DNA of 64,000 nucleotides from an uncultured Actinomycetes bacterium (lineage in GTDB: Bacteria > Actinomycetota > Acidimicrobiia > IMCC26256 > PALSA-610): NCBI GenBank assembly GCA_963841215.1, contig CAWJBW010000001.1, forward strand, positions 5,332 through 69,331, given 5' to 3'. Both the position numbers and the translations under genes were made by a program. The notes beneath the pieces are model-generated. The model searched no databases. It was not told the origin of the DNA and saw only the letters and a list, made by a program, of their open reading frames with translations. How positions within the stretch are numbered: the stretch's first letter is position 1; each line of letters starts with the position of its first letter. This document shows positions 1-9,994 of the stretch, one piece after another.

Positions 1-176
1 AACGTGTCGGTGTCGTTGTACACCGCGATCGCTTCGTCGTACCCGGTCACCATCATCACGCCGTGGTGCCGCTCGCGTTGCACCGGGCACTGCGCGCGCA
101 GCCATTCGAAGTACGGGTACGGGTCGGTGACGCACTCGTTGCCGCGGAAGAAGTCGATCGCGTCGTAGTCGGTCAC
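1..176 (-). CDS. Cytochrome P450 (CYP150-like), N-terminal part, runs off the window start
   Basis: Not in the ORF track. Manual translation from GTG at 176: MTDYDAIDFFRGNECVTDPYPYFEWLRAQCPVQRERHHGVMMVTGYDEAIAVYNDTDT, clearly paralogous to the N-terminus of the P450 at 5001-6303 (DPYPYFEELRAACPV...VTGYDEA). Confidence 0.8.
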   Translation of the reverse strand, partial: MTDYDAIDFFRGNECVTDPYPYFEWLRAQCPVQRERHHGVMMVTGYDEAIAVYNDTDT

Positions 177-196
177 GGCAACAGGACTAGCAGCGG

Positions 197-214
197 TTGT
201 ACCGGTCGGTCCAA
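197..214. promoter_or_regulatory. Palindromic operator copy 1 (TTGTACCGGTCGGTCCAA)
   Basis: In the divergent P450/ACAD spacer; near-identical to sites at 3401, 9945 and 12739; abuts a TAGGAT -10 box (215-220) 6 nt before GTG 227. Confidence 0.75.
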
Positions 215-226
215 TAGGATCGGAGC

Positions 227-1375
227 GTGGATTTCTCGTTCACCGAGTCGGAACGCGATCTGGCCGACCTGAGTCGCGAGTTCGCGCAGAAGGAGATCGC
301 GACGCGTGCTCCCCTGGCGTGGGAGGAGGCGCGCTGCCCGACCGACCTGCTGCGCGAGATGGGTGCGTTGGGCTTGCTCGGCATGTTGATCCCCGAGCAG
401 TGGGGAGGCATCGGCATTTCGACCGTCGGCTTCGTCGCGGCGCTGGAGCAGATCGGCCTGGCCGACCAGTCGGTTGCGGCTGCGTTGCAGGCACACGTGA
501 CCATCGGTTCACTCCCGCTGTACCTGTTCGGCAACGACGCACAACGAGAGCGTTGGCTGAGACCGTTGGCCGAGGGACGCGTCCTCGGCGCGTTCGGTTT
601 GACCGAGCCCGATGCGGGTTCTGACGCGCGCGGCATCCGCACGAGGGCGGAACCGCGCGATGGTGGCTGGCTGATCAACGGTCGCAAGACCTTCATCTCC
701 AACGCCGGCACCGACATGTCGTTCGGCGTGACGCTGCTCGCGCGCACCGAGTCGCCCGAGGATCGGGGGCCGTCGTTCGCGAGCTTCGTCGTCGAGAACG
801 AAACCCCCGGCTTCACGATGGGGCCGAAGATGCGCGGCATCGGCTGGCGGGGACTCGACACCCGCGAGCTGTTCTTCGACGACGTCTGGGTCGCCGACGA
901 TCACCTCGTCGGCGATCCCGACGATGGGCCTCAGCCAGTTCCTGCGCACGCTCGAGGTGGGGCGCATCTCGATTGCCGCGCTGTCGCTCAGCCTGACCCA
1001 GGCCGTGCTCGACCTGGCGACGGACTACGCCCGGCAGCGCGAGCAGTTCGGCCAGCCCATCTCGAAGTTCCAGGCGATCCAGTTCAAGCTCGCCGACATC
1101 GCGACCGAGCTCGAAGCGGCACGGTGGCTGACGTATCGCGCGGCGTCGTTGCGCGACACCGGTGAACCGTTCCTCAAGGAAGCGGCGATGGCGAAGCTCA
1201 AGGCGAGTCGCGTCGCCACCTGGGCGGCGTCGGAGGCGGTCCAGATCCACGGCGGCCTCGGGTACATGCTCGAGTCACCGGTGGCGCGCTTCTACTGCGA
1301 TGCCAAGGTGCTCGAGATCGGCGAAGGCACCAACGAGATCCAACACCTCGTCATCGCGCGCAGCTCGGCTGCTGA
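227..1375 (+). CDS. Acyl-CoA dehydrogenase (frameshifted near 924 and 1360)
   Basis: ORFs 227..1165 and 924..1634 join; motifs GAFGLTEPDAGSD, REQFGQPISKFQAIQFKLAD, IGEGTNEIQ; probable true end QLGC-TGA at 1373-1375. Confidence 0.9.
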
Positions 1376-3390
1376 GCCAGCGTCCCGACGGGCGTGGAGC
1401 AGCGACGACGCACCCGGCGCGAGCGCACGGACGCGGCGCGAGCGCGTATTGCTTCGGCGATGTCATCGCGGTCGGGCAGCCAGGCACGTTCGAGGTCGGG
1501 TGCGTAGGGCGGCGGGGTCGGTGCGGCACCGATCCGCTGGATCGGCGCGTCGAGATCCCAGAAGCCGTCGCGCGCGACGGTCGCGGCGATCTCGGCACCG
1601 ATACCGAACGGGACCACGGCCTCGTCCGCGATGAGCAAGCGACTCGTCTTGTGCACGGATTCGAGGATCGGAGCCATGTCGAGCGGAGCAACGGTGCGCA
1701 GGTCGAGCACCTCGACGGAAATGCTCTCGCCGGCAAGCAGCTCGGCCGCGGCGACCGCCTCGTGCACCATCCGTGAGACCGACACGACGGTGACGTCGCT
1801 GCCCGTTCGCACGACCGCCGACGTTCCGATCGGGAGGATGTGGTCGGCCGGCGGTTGTGGTCCCTTCATGCCGTAGAGCAGCCGGTTCTCGATGAAGACG
1901 ACCGGGTTCGGGTCCTGGATCGCGGCGCGCAGCAATCCGTACGTATCGGCCGGGGTCGACGGCATGACGACACTCAGCCCCGGGATGTGTGCGAGCAACG
2001 CTTCGAGGCTCTGCGAGTGCTGGCTGCCCGAGGAGCGCCCCGCGCCGAACTGGGTCCGCACGGTCAGCGCCATCTCCGCGGTGCCGCCGGTCATGAACGG
2101 CAGCTTCGCAGCCTGGTTGAGCAGCTGGTCGAGGCAGACGCCGATGAAGTCGAGGTACATCAGCTCGACCACCGGGCGCATGCCGGCCATGGCGGCGCCG
2201 ACACCGAGGCCGACGATCGCGCTCTCGGAGATGGGGGTGTCGCGGACGCGATCCCCGAATCGGTCGTGCAGACCGCGCGTCAGGCCGAAGACGTTGCCTC
2301 CGGCGGCGACGTCGATCCCCGCGACGAACACGCGCTCGTCGTTTGCGAGCTCCGCTTCGAGCGCGGCTCGGATCGCGTCCATGGTGCGGAACACCGGAGC
2401 ATCAGCGGGCAACGCCGGCGGTTCGGCCCGTTCGGGCCGCGGGCGCGCGACGAAGTCGGTCAGCGTGGCGGCCGGCGGCATCGGCAATCGCCGGGCCGCC
2501 TCGATGGCTTCGTCGAGCTCTTGTGCGACCGACGACTGCATGGATTCGAGCGCGCCATCCGGGATGCCCGCGGATCGGAGCCGGCGCGCGTTGACGAGCA
2601 GCGGGTCGCGTGCTTCCCACTCGCGTACTTCGTCGGGCGATCGGTAGCGCTCGGGGTCGCCTTCGTAGTGCCCGTGCCAGCGGTAGGTGGCCGCCTCGAC
2701 GACGGCGGGACCGCGTCCGGCGCGCGTCGCCTCGACCACCGAGCTCATCGCGGTTGCGGTCGCCACGACATCGTTGCCGTCGACCGCGACGTAATCGACG
2801 CCGTAGCCGGCCGCGCGCCGCTCGAGTGGCGCCGCGTGCTGGGCCGACGCGGGCGAGAACTCGGCGTAACCGTTGTTCTCGCAGAAGAAGATCACCGGCA
2901 GCCGCCAAACCGCGGCGAGGTTGATCGCTTCGTGGAAGGTGCCGTGCGCCACCGCGCCGTCGCCGAAGAACGCGACCGCCACGCTGCCGTCGCGTCGCAG
3001 CTGCGCGGCGGTCGCGGCACCAGCCGCGATCGGCAGACCGGCGCCCACGATTCCGTTGGCGCCGAAGATGCCGATCGTCGGATCGGCGATGTGCATCGAT
3101 CCGCCGCGTCCTCGGTTCGTGCCTTGGTCCTTGCCCATCAACTCGGCGAACATCCCGAGCGGGTCGAGACCCTTCGCGAGGCAGTGACCGTGGCCGCGAT
3201 GCGTGGACGTGATCACGTCCTTCGGGTCGAGCGGCCAACACGCGCCCACGGCCGACGCCTCCTGCCCGATCGACAGGTGCACGAAGCCCGGTACTTCGCC
3301 GTCGCGGTAGAGCGCGGCGACGCGCTCCTCGAATCCACGGACCACGAGCATCCGCCTGTGCATCTCGAGCAGGTCGGCGTTCGTGAACAT
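1351..3390 (-). CDS. Fused TPP-dependent dehydrogenase E1 alpha/beta (pyruvate/acetoin/2-oxoacid dehydrogenase family)
   Basis: Real start MFTNADLLEMHRRM at 3390 inside ORF 1351..4209; alpha part GFVHLSIGQEA, GRGGSMH and TPP motif GDGA...ENN; beta part DTPISE, GSQHSQ, DLRTVAPLD. The C-terminal tail is probably extended by an indel. Confidence 0.92.
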   Translation of the reverse strand: MFTNADLLEMHRRMLVVRGFEERVAALYRDGEVPGFVHLSIGQEASAVGACWPLDPKDVITSTHRGHGHCLAKGLDPLGMFAELMGKDQGTNRGRGGSMHIADPTIGIFGANGIVGAGLPIAAGAATAAQLRRDGSVAVAFFGDGAVAHGTFHEAINLAAVWRLPVIFFCENNGYAEFSPASAQHAAPLERRAAGYGVDYVAVDGNDVVATATAMSSVVEATRAGRGPAVVEAATYRWHGHYEGDPERYRSPDEVREWEARDPLLVNARRLRSAGIPDGALESMQSSVAQELDEAIEAARRLPMPPAATLTDFVARPRPERAEPPALPADAPVFRTMDAIRAALEAELANDERVFVAGIDVAAGGNVFGLTRGLHDRFGDRVRDTPISESAIVGLGVGAAMAGMRPVVELMYLDFIGVCLDQLLNQAAKLPFMTGGTAEMALTVRTQFGAGRSSGSQHSQSLEALLAHIPGLSVVMPSTPADTYGLLRAAIQDPNPVVFIENRLLYGMKGPQPPADHILPIGTSAVVRTGSDVTVVSVSRMVHEAVAAAELLAGESISVEVLDLRTVAPLDMAPILESVHKTSRLLIADEAVVPFGIGAEIAATVARDGFWDLDAPIQRIGAAPTPPPYAPDLERAWLPDRDDIAEAIRARAASVRSRRVRRRCSTPVGTLAQQPSCAR

Positions 3391-3400
3391 GAGCGATGTA

Positions 3401-3418
3401 TTGTACTGGTCGGTACAA
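3401..3418. promoter_or_regulatory. Palindromic operator copy 2 (TTGTACTGGTCGGTACAA)
   Basis: In the divergent E1/SDR spacer; overlaps a minus-strand TACAAT -10 box (3400-3405). Confidence 0.8.
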
Positions 3419-3457
3419 CTTGGCGAGCGGGAGCGGACAGGAGAACAGGGAAGGGCG

Positions 3458-4237
3458 ATGGCCGAGCAGATCGACATCCCCGCATCGTTCGCCAGTGCGG
3501 CCGACATGACCGGGAAACGTGTGGTGATCACCGGCGCGAGCCGGGGCCTCGGTCGGTTGCTCGCACACACGTTCTCGCAGGGCGGCGCGCGCGTGGCGCT
3601 GGTGGCGCGGACCGAGGTCGACATCAAAGCGGTCGCCGAGGCGCTTCCGGGACCATCCCTCGCGCTCGCGGGCGACGTGACCGACGGCGAGTTCAACGAC
3701 GCGGTCGCCGATAGCACGGTGGCCGAGTGGGGTGGCGTCGACGTCTGGATCTGCAACGCGGGGATCTCGCCGATCTTGGCCGGGCCGCGCGAAACCGATC
3801 CGTCGGTCTGGCGTGAGATCCTCGACGTGAACCTCACCGGTGCATTCCTCGGCGCCCGCGCCGCCGCCCGCGTGATGGGGGAGGGCGGGCGACTGATCTT
3901 CACCGGCTCGGTTCTCGGGGAACGGCCGCGCGCAGGCCTCACTGCGTACAGCGCGTCGAAGGCCGGCCTCGTCGGTATGGCGAAGGGTCTCGCGCTCGAC
4001 CTCGCGTCGTCGGGCATCACCGTGAACGTCGTCGCGCCCGGATGGTTCGACTCGCCGTTGGCCGAGAGGTGGAAGAACAACGCCGAGCTCGGAGCCGGTG
4101 TGCTCGGGCACACCGCGCAGAAACGCTGGGGCGCATCCACCGACCTCGCCGGGGCGTACCAGTTCCTGGCCTCGGACGCCTCGGCATTCGTCACCGGCAC
4201 CGTGCTCAACGTCGACGGCGGATACCTCCTGGTATGA
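3458..4237 (+). CDS. Short-chain dehydrogenase/reductase (FabG-like)
   Basis: TGASRGLG Rossmann motif, CNAG, YSASK catalytic motif, VDGG C-terminus. Confidence 0.92.
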   Translation: MAEQIDIPASFASAADMTGKRVVITGASRGLGRLLAHTFSQGGARVALVARTEVDIKAVAEALPGPSLALAGDVTDGEFNDAVADSTVAEWGGVDVWICNAGISPILAGPRETDPSVWREILDVNLTGAFLGARAAARVMGEGGRLIFTGSVLGERPRAGLTAYSASKAGLVGMAKGLALDLASSGITVNVVAPGWFDSPLAERWKNNAELGAGVLGHTAQKRWGASTDLAGAYQFLASDASAFVTGTVLNVDGGYLLV

Positions 4238-4969
4238 CACGCGTCGTTGCGATCACGGGAGCGGGGGAACGCTCGGCGCCGCGCTGTCGAGTCACTTCGC
4301 AGGCGAACCCGAGACCGATGTCGTGTTGAGCGACGTCAGTGCCGCGTCGCTCGATGCGACCGTGAACGGCTTACCGGAGCAACGCGGCGCGGTCGAGACG
4401 TTGCGAGCCGACGTGGGCGAGATCGCGGACGTCGAAGCCGTCGTCGAACTCGCGGTCGAGCGCTTCGGCCGGCTCGACGTGCTGATCAGCAACGCCGGTG
4501 TGCTTGCTCCGAACGGTCGCATCCACAACCTGACGACCGAGGATTGGGAGCGTGTGCTCCGGGTCAACGTTCTCGGTGCCGTCAACGGCATCCGGGCCGC
4601 GGTGCCCGTCATGCGCGCGCAGCAGACAGGGTCGATCATTCTCACGGCCTCGGTCGCCGGCCTCACCGCGTGGTCGCACGCCGCTCCGTACTGCGCGACG
4701 AAGGCGGCCGTGATCCAGCTCGCGAAGGTCGCGGCCGTCGAGTACGCGCGCGACGGACTCCGCGTGAACTGCGTGTGCCCCGGAACGTTTCTCTCCGGCA
4801 TCCACCAGGATCTCCCGAGGAGGCGATCGACGCGATTGCGGTCAAGCATCCGCTCGGGCTCGGAAACGCCGCCGACCTCGTCGGCGCGTACTCGTACCTC
4901 GCGAGCGACGCGTCCCGGTGGACAACGGGCTCGGCGATCGTGGTCGACGGCGGCTACGCGGCGCCGTAA
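4234..4969 (+). CDS. Short-chain dehydrogenase/reductase (frameshifted near 4265 and 4815)
   Basis: ATGA overlap with the upstream SDR; MTRVVAITGA-GGTLG, SNAG, YCATK, VNCVCPG, TTGSAIVVDGGY across three frames. Confidence 0.88.
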
Positions 4970-5000
4970 GTGACGGCGTACGGCGCCGCCCGATGGCTGG

Positions 5001-6303
5001 TCACCGGTCGCCGTTCGCAGGCGTGAACTCGATGTGCAGCGCGTCGAGGCCGCGCAGCACCCACGTCGGCGAGTACCGGAAGCGGCGGGCGCCCGGCGGG
5101 CCGTGGTGTTCTTCGGAGAGGCGGATGTCGCGCGTCCGATCGAGGATGCGTTCGAGGCTGACGCGGCCCTCGGCGTGCGCCAGCGGGCCACCCGGACACG
5201 AGTGGTTGCCCCGGCCGAACGCGATGTGCGACTGGGCGTTTGCGCGCCCGATGCGGAACTCCTCCGGGCATTCGAACCGACGGGGATCGCGGTTGGCGGC
5301 GCCGTTGAGCACCATGACCGGCGTCCCGGCTGCGATGTCGACCTCGCCGATCGTCGTGCCGCGACGGGTGAGACGGAAGTCCGTCTTCACCGGGCTCTCC
5401 ATCCGCAGCACCTCCTCGAGGAAGCCGGGGATGAGCTCGGGCTGCGCCCGGAGCTCGTCCTGGATCTCGGGTTGCTCGGCGAGCAGCATCAACGCGGCGG
5501 CGAGCAGACGGGCGGTCGTCTCCTGACCCGCCGCGAACAAGAACGTGGCGGTGCGTACCACCGCGATCACGTCGGGCGTCGTCCCGTCGGGGTACGTCGC
5601 GAGGGCGAGGTCGGTCAGCACGTCCTTGCGCGGCTCGCGCCGTCGGTCCTCGATGTACTGCGCGAACCAGTCGTCGAGCCACGCGAGTGCATTGAGCTCG
5701 GTGTCGCTCGTGCGCGCCGGCGCCGGCGCCGGCGCCGATCTCGCCGGGTGCGGCGCTGAGGCCGAACCCGTGGCGGAACCGTCGGTGGTCGGCCTCGGGC
5801 ACCCCGAGCAGATCCGCAACGACCAGCATCGCGAACGGCTGCGCGTACGCGCCGATGAACTCGCAGCGGCCGTCGGCGACGAACTCGTCGAGCTGTTGAT
5901 CGGCCTGGCGCCACATGAAGGCCTCGTTCTCCTTCAGCCGCTTCGGCGTGATCAGCCGCATGAGCAGCGCGCGCTCCCGCGTGTGCGCCGGCGGGTCCAT
6001 CGTCACCATGTGCTCGTGCATCGGGAGCTGGTCGCGGTAGCGATCGATGATGTCGCCCACCTCGTCGCCCTCGAGCGGGACCGGGAACGTCGCGAAGGGA
6101 CCGATCACCGAGTTGCACGAAGAGAACGTGTCGACGTCGCGGTAGACCTGGGTCGCCTCGTCGTAGCCGGTCACCGCCACGACGCCGAGATGCGGCAGGG
6201 CCAGCACCGGGCACGCCGCGCGCAGCTCCTCGAAGTAGGGATACGGGTCCTCGACGAGCGCCTCGTCGCCGAAGTAGTCGACCGTCTCCCAGTCGTTTGC
6301 CAC
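5001..6303 (-). CDS. Cytochrome P450 (CYP150-like; frameshift near 5705)
   Basis: MDPPAHTRER, I-helix AAGQETT, ExxR (EEVLR), heme motif FGRGNHSCPG; ORFs 4954..6303 and 5001..5819 join. Confidence 0.93.
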
Positions 6304-6324
6304 GCGTGTTCCTCCAGAGCAAAG

Positions 6325-6361
6325 TTGTGCAGTTGCACAAAAGGGTTGTGCGACTGCTTAA
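6325..6361. promoter_or_regulatory. TetR-type operator pair (TTGTGCA-GT-TGCACAA plus degenerate copy TTGTGCGACTGCTTAA)
   Basis: Perfect 7-2-7 palindrome at 6325-6340 and a second copy at 6346-6361 in an AT-rich divergent P450/TetR spacer. Confidence 0.7.
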
Positions 6362-6394
6362 CACGGTCCGACCGCGCGTGGCAACCTGGAGCCG

Positions 6395-7024
6395 ATGGAT
6401 TCGCCGCGCCGGATGGGCGCAAAAGACTCGCTGACGCGCGCAAAGCTGTTGGATGCCGCCGAGCGGCTCATGCTCGAAGAGGGCTACGCGGCCGTCACGT
6501 CGCGACGGGTCGGGCGGGAAGCCGGCATCAGCTCGCAGCTGGTCCACTACTACTTCCGGACGATGGACGACCTCTTCCTCGAGGTGTTTCGCCGCCGCGC
6601 CGAGGAGGGCTTCGGTCGGTTCGCCCAGGCGATCGAGGCCCAGCCGTCGCTCCGCACGATCTGGAGCTCCATGACCGACGGCCGCGGTTCGGTGTTCAAC
6701 CTCGAGTTCGCGGCCCTCGCCAACCACCGCAAGGCGATACGTGCCGAGATGGCGAGCTACGCCGAACGCTTCCGGACCATGCAACTCGACGCGATCTCGT
6801 CGGTCCTCGCGACACACGGAACATTGCCGGCCGGGATCACGCCGGAGGTGGTGCTCGTCGCCATGGCCGGCGTGTCGCAACTCATCACGCTGGAGCGCGC
6901 GCTCGGCGTCAGCGGCGGCCACGACGAGACGCTCGCCTTCATCGAGCGGTGCCTCGAGGACGCTTCTCCGGTTGGGGGTCGGTCGGGAACAGGTGGGCCA
7001 AGAACGCAGCCGACCACGCGTTGA
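6395..7024 (+). CDS. TetR/AcrR family transcriptional regulator
   Basis: N-terminal HTH: LLDAAERLMLEEGYAAVTSRRVGREAGISSQLVHYYFRTMDDLF. Confidence 0.93.
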   Translation: MDSPRRMGAKDSLTRAKLLDAAERLMLEEGYAAVTSRRVGREAGISSQLVHYYFRTMDDLFLEVFRRRAEEGFGRFAQAIEAQPSLRTIWSSMTDGRGSVFNLEFAALANHRKAIRAEMASYAERFRTMQLDAISSVLATHGTLPAGITPEVVLVAMAGVSQLITLERALGVSGGHDETLAFIERCLEDASPVGGRSGTGGPRTQPTTR

Positions 7025-7886
7025 GGTCGGCGGGGACGTAGTAGCCCGCCTCGTCGTTGATCGCCGCCCAGTTCTGCACGATGTCTTCCATGGTCGGTTG
7101 CGGCGCGGGGTGGAGATAGCCCGGTGTCACCCCAATGAACACGCGCGCGAAGCGGCCGGCGCCGGCCACGTAGACCTCACCGCTGACCGGGCAGTCCTCG
7201 TGCGCGAGGAAAGCGACCAGCGGCGCGATGAGATCGGGCGGCATCGGTCCCGAACTGGCGGGCTCATCTCCAGATCGGCCGGCCATACGCGTCATCGCGT
7301 TCGGAGCGATCGCGTTCACCTTGATGCCGTGCGCGGCGCCTTCGGTCGTGAGACTGCGCGTGAGCCCGATGACGCCGGCCTTCGCGGTCGCGTAGGAGAG
7401 GTTCTCGAGCAGGCCGAACACGCCGACGGAGGTCGTCATGACGATGCGGCCGTAGCCCTGCTGCACCATGTGCGGCCACGCGGCGCGAGTGGTGTTGAAC
7501 GAGCCACCGACGTGCACCGCGAAGTGCTGCGCAAGGTTGTCGGCGTCGGCTTCCGGCATGCCCGCCCAGCGAATGATGCCTGCGTTGTTGATCAGGATGT
7601 CGACGCGCCCGAACTCTTCGACTGCGGCGTCGATGAGCGCCTGGGCGCCCTCCGCCGTGGATACGTCGCTGTTGTCGGCGCTCGCGATGCCACCCGCCGC
7701 GACGATCTCGGCCGCAACGTGCGTCGCGGGCGCGGCGTCGCCGCCGACCCCTTGCATCGAGCCACCGAGGTCGTTGACGACGACGCTCGCACCCCGCTCG
7801 CCGAGGAGGAGTGCGTACGAACGGCCGATCCCGCGTCCCGCGCCCGTGACGACCGCGACCCGCCCCTCGAAGCTGTACGTGCTCAC
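6939..7886 (-). CDS. SDR, peroxisomal MFE-2/hydroxyacyl-CoA dehydrogenase-like
   Basis: VTGAGRGIG, VVVNDLGG, INNAGI, YATAK, GYGRIVMTTS. Confidence 0.92.
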   Translation of the reverse strand: MSTYSFEGRVAVVTGAGRGIGRSYALLLGERGASVVVNDLGGSMQGVGGDAAPATHVAAEIVAAGGIASADNSDVSTAEGAQALIDAAVEEFGRVDILINNAGIIRWAGMPEADADNLAQHFAVHVGGSFNTTRAAWPHMVQQGYGRIVMTTSVGVFGLLENLSYATAKAGVIGLTRSLTTEGAAHGIKVNAIAPNAMTRMAGRSGDEPASSGPMPPDLIAPLVAFLAHEDCPVSGEVYVAGAGRFARVFIGVTPGYLHPAPQPTMEDIVQNWAAINDEAGYYVPADLNAWSAAFLAHLFPTDPQPEKRPRGTAR

Positions 7887-7963
7887 TTGTCATCCCTGCT
7901 TTCGTTGCCGACCGACGAACAAGGCCGGTGACGCGCCTGCGCACCGATGTACCGTCGGAGCCC

Positions 7964-8575
7964 ATGCCGCGAACCGCAGGGGGCGACGAGCCCCGACGCA
8001 GCGCGAAGTGGAAGGCGCGTCGCGACGTGATCATCGACACCTCGGCGCCGGTCTTCGCGCGGCGCGGCTACCACGCCACGGGCATCGCAGAGCTGTGCGC
8101 GGTCAACGGCCTCGGCAAGGGCGCCTTCTACCACTACATCGAGTCGAAGGAGGAGCTCCTCGCCGCGATCCACGATCGGGTGATGGACGAAGTGATGCTC
8201 GGTGCGGATCGCGTCGCCGACACGGGCGGGCCGCCGTCCGCGCAGCTGGCCATGCTGGGCGACGAGCTGCTCGACGTCATCCACCGTTACCCCGATCACG
8301 TCTGGGTGTTCCTCCACGAGTTCCCGGCGCTCACCGCCGAACGGGCCGAGCAGTTTCGCGTGCGTCGGCGGGAGTACGAGGGAAGGGTCGAGGCGGTCGT
8401 GCAGGCCGGCGTCGATGCCGCGGAGTTCCGTGCGGTCGATGCGAGGCTGACCGCGTTCGCGTGGCTCGGCATGCACAACTACACGTACTTGTGGCTCAAG
8501 GCAGGCGGCCGCCTGTCGGCGCGCGACGTCGCGAAGCCGTTCGCCGACATCTTCATCCGAGGGATCGGCAACTAG
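7964..8575 (+). CDS. TetR family regulator (KstR2-like C-terminal domain)
   Basis: FARRGYHATGIAELCAVNGLGKGAFYHYIESKEELL; C-terminal LGMHNYTYLWLKAGGRLS. Alternative start at 7928. Confidence 0.92.
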   Translation: MPRTAGGDEPRRSAKWKARRDVIIDTSAPVFARRGYHATGIAELCAVNGLGKGAFYHYIESKEELLAAIHDRVMDEVMLGADRVADTGGPPSAQLAMLGDELLDVIHRYPDHVWVFLHEFPALTAERAEQFRVRRREYEGRVEAVVQAGVDAAEFRAVDARLTAFAWLGMHNYTYLWLKAGGRLSARDVAKPFADIFIRGIGN

Positions 8576-8656
8576 TACTCGGCTGCGACCTCCGGCCCTC
8601 GAACGCCCGTGCGACTGCTTCCAAGGGTCCGGGCCTCCGGATCTGCGCCTGGCTAG

Positions 8657-9901
8657 TTACGGCGACTCGAACCCGAGGAGCCCTGCGAGCGTGCCACCGA
8701 CGAGGGCGGCGCGCTCGTCGGCGGGGAGATCGCCGAGCTGCTTCGCGATCAGCTCCCGGCTCCCTCGGAACGTCCCCTCCGCGTGTGGGTAGTCGTTGCC
8801 CCACACGATCGTCGACAACCCGGTGACGTGCCGGCAGGCGATGGCCACGGGGTCGTCCTGGAACGACACGTGGAACTGGCGCTTCACGTACTCGCTCGGC
8901 ATCAGCGGGTACGGCCACTTGTCGTTCAGGCGGAACAGCTGCGCCATGCCGGGTTGGTCGTTGTCGGCGCGGGTGTCGTCCCAGTTCCCGAGCCACCAAT
9001 CGGCATCCTGGCCGATCCCGGTGACCCAGCACTTGTCCATGCTCCCCACGAGCGACGCGAGCCAGTGCGCGTTGAACTCGATCAGCGCGAAGTGCAGGTC
9101 GGGGTAGCGCTCGGGAACCCCGCCACCGATGAGCTCGCACATGACCTGCTGCGGGATGATCGGGCCGTAGACGCACTGCGTGATCATCCGCTTCGAGGCC
9201 GACTTCTCGGTCATCGGTTGGTTGACCTGCGCGGCCTGCTCCATGACGACCTTGAGCGTCGTCGCGGTCTTGTCGTTGACCTTCACCCCACCGGTCTGCG
9301 TGTGGATGAACACGTGCACGCCGTTGGCCTGGGCTGCCGCCCACACCGGGTCGAACTCGCGCGAGTAGTACGGCTGCGGCGGCGTCGAAGGGAGCAGGAT
9401 CGCGCGGAACCCGCCGGCGGCGACGCGCTCGATCTCGACGACGGCTTCGTCGATGTCGGTCAACGGGATGGGCGCCGTCGGCGCGATGCGCGAGAAGTGC
9501 GGCGCGAACCGCTCGATCACGTAGTCGTTGTAGACGCGCGCGTGCGCCATCGACAGTTCGTGGTCGTCGGAGTAGAGCCCGAACAGCGAGAGGTTCGGGT
9601 GCATCACCTGCACGTCGACCCCGTCGAAGTCCATGTCGTCGAGGATGATCTCCGGGTCGCCTTCGGGCATCCGCCCGCCCGTCTGGCGGTACCGGGAGAC
9701 GGTCCAGCCCTCGTAGCCCGACGTGTGCAACTTCCGGAAGATCCGGGCGCCGCCCTCGACGAGCGGCTCGATCTCGAAGTCCTCTTCCCACACCGCGCGG
9801 TCCCGCAGGTGCTTCGGCAGCCGAGTGCGGAACAGGTCGGTGGGCTCGAGCAGGTGCCCGTCCGCGGAGACGACGAAGTCCTTCGTCATGCGTTCCGTCA
9901 T
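8657..9901 (-). CDS. Amidohydrolase family protein (Amidohydro_2)
   Basis: VSADGHLLEP metal motif, DMDFDGVDVQVMHPN, WGNDYPHAEGT. Confidence 0.9.
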   Translation of the reverse strand: MTERMTKDFVVSADGHLLEPTDLFRTRLPKHLRDRAVWEEDFEIEPLVEGGARIFRKLHTSGYEGWTVSRYRQTGGRMPEGDPEIILDDMDFDGVDVQVMHPNLSLFGLYSDDHELSMAHARVYNDYVIERFAPHFSRIAPTAPIPLTDIDEAVVEIERVAAGGFRAILLPSTPPQPYYSREFDPVWAAAQANGVHVFIHTQTGGVKVNDKTATTLKVVMEQAAQVNQPMTEKSASKRMITQCVYGPIIPQQVMCELIGGGVPERYPDLHFALIEFNAHWLASLVGSMDKCWVTGIGQDADWWLGNWDDTRADNDQPGMAQLFRLNDKWPYPLMPSEYVKRQFHVSFQDDPVAIACRHVTGLSTIVWGNDYPHAEGTFRGSRELIAKQLGDLPADERAALVGGTLAGLLGFESP

Positions 9902-9944
9902 GCGAATACGCCTTCCTTACGCTGGCCTCGCGCGGGGCCGCACG

Positions 9945-9962
9945 CTGGACCGATCGGTACAC
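9945..9962. promoter_or_regulatory. Palindromic operator copy 3 (CTGGACCGATCGGTACAC)
   Basis: In the divergent amidohydrolase/cyclase spacer; a second CCGATCGG core lies at 9971-9978. Confidence 0.7.
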
Positions 9963-9994
9963 ATACTACGCCGATCGGTGGCATGCTGTCCGCC

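Noticed and set aside
1351-4209. 952-aa ORF suggesting an extra N-terminal domain on the E1 fusion
   Set aside because: The first 273 aa are the antisense shadow of the SDR at 3458-4237; E1 homology, the -10 box and the operator all point to ATG 3390.
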